Of a stretch of DNA of 64,000 nucleotides, positions 60,180 to 64,000 are shown one piece after another. Made by a program: the position numbers and the translations under genes. Below the pieces are notes generated by a model. The model saw nothing but the letters and a program-made list of their open reading frames with translations, was not told the origin of the DNA and searched no databases. This stretch comes from Candidatus Omnitrophota bacterium (GTDB lineage Bacteria > Omnitrophota > Gorgyraeia > B26-G9). Each line of letters starts with the position of its first letter. Position 1 is the first letter of the stretch. The stretch is from the NCBI GenBank assembly GCA_016213925.1, contig JACQZH010000007.1:30951-94950 (forward strand), in the 5' to 3' direction.

Positions 60180-60932
60180 ATGCGTATTGTAAAAATCGTC
60201 CATAAAACTAAGCCAAGCTGGGGCATTGTCAAAGCGGACAGGGTTATACTGCTCAAAGGCGATCCTTTTGAGCGGATATCATGCGCCGGAGAATCAATTG
60301 CTTTGGCGCAGGCAAGGTTTTTGGCGCCTGCCGCTGCCAGTAAGATTGTTCTGGCCGGATTGAATTATAAAGGCCATGCCGGAGAGCTGGGCATGAAAAT
60401 TCCTAAAGAGCCGGTAATCTTTTTAAAGCCGGTGACTTCTTTGATTGCGCACAAAGATAATATTATTTACCCAAAAGGGGTAATCAGGCTGGATTATGAA
60501 GCGGAACTTGCCGCGGTTATAAGAAAAAAAGCGAAAAACATCGCCGAAAAAAAGGTAAAGGAGTATATTTTAGGGTATACTTGCTTAAATGATGTTACTG
60601 CGCGTGATTTACAGAAAAAAGACGCTCAATGGACAAGAGCAAAATCCTTTGACACCTTTTGTCCGTGCGGCCCATGGCTTGAAACAGAAATAGATCCAGC
60701 TTCTTTGGCGGTAAAATCATATCTTAATGGTAAATTAAAGCAGGATTCAAATACTTCTAATTTTATCTTTTCTTTGGAATGTCTGGTTGCTTTTATTTCC
60801 CGGATTATGACGCTTCTCCCCGGTGATATTATCTCTACCGGTACTCCTCCGGGAGTCGGGAAGATGAAGCCTGGTGATTGCATAGAAGTATGCATTGAAG
60901 GCATTGGCACATTAAGCAACCGGGTTGCGTAG
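60180..60932 (+). CDS. Fumarylacetoacetate hydrolase family protein
   Basis: GLNY..H, DYEAEL, NDVTARDLQ, AKSFDTFCP, GDIISTGTP. Confidence 0.93.
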   Translation: MRIVKIVHKTKPSWGIVKADRVILLKGDPFERISCAGESIALAQARFLAPAAASKIVLAGLNYKGHAGELGMKIPKEPVIFLKPVTSLIAHKDNIIYPKGVIRLDYEAELAAVIRKKAKNIAEKKVKEYILGYTCLNDVTARDLQKKDAQWTRAKSFDTFCPCGPWLETEIDPASLAVKSYLNGKLKQDSNTSNFIFSLECLVAFISRIMTLLPGDIISTGTPPGVGKMKPGDCIEVCIEGIGTLSNRVA

Positions 60933-61011
60933 GGGGATAAAGGGAATAGAAAAAATCAATGAACTATGAGTCAATAACTATGAACTAAGCGGCCTGCGCG
61001 CAACACTTCAA

Positions 61012-61040
61012 TTGACAGCAAAAAATCTTAGCAGTATACT
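61012..61040 (+). promoter_or_regulatory. Sigma70-type promoter
   Basis: TTGACA-N17-TATACT. Confidence 0.65.
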
Positions 61041-61102
61041 ATTGAATACCTCCATGGATGGGTTATCTGTGGAGGTATTTTTTAACCAAAAAATAGGAGG
61101 TT

Positions 61103-61936
61103 GTGATGATCAAGAAAATTTTAATTGGGATATTTGTTTTTATAGCGGCGCTTGTGTTTATTTTGGCTGTGGGTAAAAATATTATCATAAAAAAAACCGT
61201 GACATCAGGGGTCAAGGTTGTCACTGGATTAGATATGAAGATTGACAAGATTAATGTCGGGGTAATGAATTCTTTGCTGAATATTGAAGGGCTGAAGCTG
61301 TTTAACCCTGAAGGTTTTGAAGATAAGCTGATGGTTGATTTGCCGGAAATTTTCGTTGACTATGATCTGGAGGCTTTTTTTAAGGAAAAGGCTGTGCATC
61401 TTCAGGAGGTCCGCCTTAATCTGAATGAATTTACGGTTATAAAAAACAAAGAAGGTGTTTTAAACCTTGATTCGCTTAAACCTGTACAAAGCGCAAAAAA
61501 AGAGCAGGAAGAGCCTAATCTGGCGGAAGAAGAACCTAAGCAAAAACAAGATATGCCGAAAATTAAGATCGATAAGCTAAAACTTAAGATAGGCAAGGTA
61601 ATAACAAAAGATTACAGCGCTAAAGGAGAGCCGGTAATTAATGAATTTAATATTAATATTGACGAAACTTTTGAAAACATTACCGATCCGAATGAAATAG
61701 TTAAGATTATCTTAAAAAAAGTATTACCGAAACTTTCCGCCCAGTTTTTAAAGAATGCTGTTTCCGGCGGCGTTGAAAGTATGCTTAAAGAATCAAAAGA
61801 GTTAGTAGGAGATGCCGCGGAAGATGTTTTGGGGCTGGGAAAGGATGCCGGAGGAAAAACACTGGGTATGACAAAAGAAGCGGCGAAGAATTTGAATAAA
61901 AGCCTGAAAAATCTTTTACCTATAGGCAAACGATAA
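61103..61936 (+). CDS. AsmA-family protein
   Basis: N-terminal TM; GLKLFNPEGF, NKEGVLNL. Confidence 0.7.
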   Translation: MMIKKILIGIFVFIAALVFILAVGKNIIIKKTVTSGVKVVTGLDMKIDKINVGVMNSLLNIEGLKLFNPEGFEDKLMVDLPEIFVDYDLEAFFKEKAVHLQEVRLNLNEFTVIKNKEGVLNLDSLKPVQSAKKEQEEPNLAEEEPKQKQDMPKIKIDKLKLKIGKVITKDYSAKGEPVINEFNINIDETFENITDPNEIVKIILKKVLPKLSAQFLKNAVSGGVESMLKESKELVGDAAEDVLGLGKDAGGKTLGMTKEAAKNLNKSLKNLLPIGKR

Positions 61937-61947
61937 ACGCGGCGGGG

Positions 61948-61971
61948 ATAATCCCAAATTTTGGGATAATT
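61948..61971. repeat. Minimal fused-TIR palindrome of the miniature element family
   Basis: ATAATCCCAAATTTTGGGATAATT. Confidence 0.6.
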
Positions 61972-61995
61972 GAAAAAAGCAAATTTTAACAAAGG

Positions 61996-63330
61996 ATGAT
62001 TCTTATGTTTTCTAAATTGGTTAATTTTATAACTACGGATATTTGGCGTATAAGAGTAAGAACGTTGCCCAGAAGAAAATCATTTGTGCTTAAGCCGCTG
62101 ATGATTCTTATCCTTGCCTTCAAAAATTTTACCGATGATAAATGCCAGCTGCGCGCCGCATCGCTGACGTTTTATTCCTTGCTTTCCATTGTTCCGGTTG
62201 TGGCCATGGCGTTTGGCATTGCCAAAGGTTTTGGTTTTGAAAAAATGCTTGAGCAGACATTGATCCAGAGGCTTCCCGGGCAGGAAGAGGTTATAACGCA
62301 GATCATTGGGTTCGCGCATTCCTTGCTTGAGAATACAAAAGGAGGTTTAATTGCCGGCATTGGCGTTGCGGTGTTGTTTTGGACAGTGATTAAGGTTTTG
62401 GGAAACATCGAGAAATCGTTCAATGATATCTGGGGCATAAAAAAATCAAGGGACATGGGAAGAAGGTTCAGCGATTACCTTTCAATCATGCTGATTTGCC
62501 CTTTGTTGTTTATCATTTCAAGCAGCGCGACGGTTTTGATTGCGTCGCAAGTACAGCTGATAATGGGAAAAATCGCTTTGCTGGGAGTATTCAGCCCGAT
62601 GATTTTGCTGTCGTTGAAAGTGCTTCCGTTTGTCGTGATTTGGATACTGTTTAGTTTTATTTATGTCTTTATGCCGAATACAAAAGTGTATTTGAAGTCC
62701 GGAATTATCGGCGGGGTCATTGCCGGGACAGTTTATCAATTTGTGCAGGCAGCTTATATCACTTTTCAGGTTGGCGTGGCAAAACATAACGCGATTTACG
62801 GCAGTTTTGCCGCTTTGCCGTTATTCCTTGCCTGGCTGCAGACAAGCTGGCTGATCGTGCTCTTCGGCGCGGAAATCTCTTTTGCGCGCCAGAATTTAGA
62901 GACCTATGAGTTTGAACCGGACTGCCTTAGAGTAAGCAATCGTTTTAAGACATTGTTGAGCATTGAGATAGTTAACGTGATTTTTAAGAATTTTTGTAAA
63001 GGAGAAAAACCCTGGACAGCAAGTAAAATTTCCCATGAGCTTGAGGTTCCGATCCGGCTTGCGCGGCAGGTGATTTTTGAATTGGTTGAGGTAGGGATAT
63101 TATCGGAAATAAAAGAAGCAAACGCGGAAGGCATAGCTTACCAGCCTGCGCGTTCCACGAAAGATGTTACCATAAAAGATGTTATTACGCAGTTAGAGCA
63201 AAAAGGCACGGACAATATTCCAATACGCAAATCTAAATCCTGGCAAAACATTGTTGAGGCTGTGCAGGTATTTGATAAGACAGCGGCAAAGTCCGCGGCA
63301 AACATCCGCATAGAAGATATCAGCGGATAA
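61996..63330 (+). CDS. YihY/BrkB family membrane protein with C-terminal HTH
   Basis: AASLTFYSLLSIVP, IEKSFNDIW, IYGSFAALPLFLAW. Confidence 0.9.
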   Translation: MILMFSKLVNFITTDIWRIRVRTLPRRKSFVLKPLMILILAFKNFTDDKCQLRAASLTFYSLLSIVPVVAMAFGIAKGFGFEKMLEQTLIQRLPGQEEVITQIIGFAHSLLENTKGGLIAGIGVAVLFWTVIKVLGNIEKSFNDIWGIKKSRDMGRRFSDYLSIMLICPLLFIISSSATVLIASQVQLIMGKIALLGVFSPMILLSLKVLPFVVIWILFSFIYVFMPNTKVYLKSGIIGGVIAGTVYQFVQAAYITFQVGVAKHNAIYGSFAALPLFLAWLQTSWLIVLFGAEISFARQNLETYEFEPDCLRVSNRFKTLLSIEIVNVIFKNFCKGEKPWTASKISHELEVPIRLARQVIFELVEVGILSEIKEANAEGIAYQPARSTKDVTIKDVITQLEQKGTDNIPIRKSKSWQNIVEAVQVFDKTAAKSAANIRIEDISG

Positions 63331-63345
63331 AATTTATAATACTCA

Positions 63346-64000
63346 ATGAATGCCTGCAAAAAAAGATTAAACGATAAGTTAACCCGCCTTAAAAGATGCC
63401 TTGCTGATATGGGCAGCGCGCTTATTGCTTTTTCAGGAGGTGTAGACAGCGCTTTTTTGCTTAAAGTTGCTAAAGATGTTTTGCGGGAGAATGTTTTAGC
63501 GGTAACCGCAACTTCTTCGACTTATCCTTTGCATGAATTTAGCCAGGCGAAAAAACTGGCAAAGAAGTTAAATACCGAACATTTGATCGTTATTTCAGAG
63601 GAGCTTGAAAGCCGCCAGTTTCGTAAAAATGACAAAGACCGCTGTTATTGGTGTAAGAAAGAGTTATTTTCTAAATTACTAAAAATCGCGAAGAAACACC
63701 GGATGGCATATGTGCTTGATGGCGCGACATTTGAGGACACCAAAGATTACCGCCCCGGTATGCGAGCTGCAAGCGAGCTGGGAGTGAGAAGCCCGTTAAA
63801 AGAGCTAAAATTCAATAAAACAGAAATCCGCCTGCAGAGTTCCGTATGGGGCGAAGATAACTAGCGCAGAACTGGAGAGGATTGATAAGGCTGAAAGCAT
63901 ATTACGTTCTTTTGGTTTAAAGCAGCTGCGCTTAAGGCACCATGGCGCAATAGCCAGGATAGAGGTTAATCCGGAGGATATTAGTAAATTAACAGAACCA
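63346..64000 (+). CDS. larE: ATP-dependent sacrificial sulfur transferase LarE (broken near 63831; runs off the window)
   Basis: AFSGGVDS, RCYWCK, DYRPG; shifted frame continues CRVPYG…LRLRHHGAIARIEV. Confidence 0.8.

Overview
AT-rich bacterial chromosomal segment, almost all genes on the + strand. The gene content and repeat style suggest a PVC-group organism such as Ca. Omnitrophota (inference, not demonstrated). Layout: (1) 1-1830, right end of a probable integrated element with a Panacea(DUF4065)-type antitoxin and an unknown partner; (2) 1.9-9.6 kb, papain-like protease, REC-HD-GYP, GH16-CBM32, RidA, and a minus-strand pair (986-aa exported protein plus di-haem cytochrome c); (3) tRNA-Ser(CGA) at 10177-10266 inside hairpin-rich DNA, followed by an accessory block (Bro-N, XRE, broken AlbA_2/ATPase gene, HTH-HATPase-DUF4325); (4) PAS kinase/receiver pair, minor-pilin cluster (PilV/W/X-like with FG-GAP repeats), LysW-like protein, tandem ThyX, stand-alone EF-G, glgP; (5) 33.4-37 kb, repeat-bounded patch with a RelE-type TA pair, an attC-like site and a LamG protein; (6) mutS-mutL and housekeeping/envelope genes, an ECF sigma fused to a zinc-finger domain, three PilZ proteins, an orphan kinase and larE. 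The best non-obvious signals are a candidate three-hairpin small RNA behind an ECF-type promoter (51177-51330, - strand), a family of TIR-bounded miniature elements with nested REP-like insertions, a solitary attC-like site after a TA pair, and clean internal deletions in several genes that may be assembly artefacts. All family assignments come from motif recognition by eye; no searches were run.
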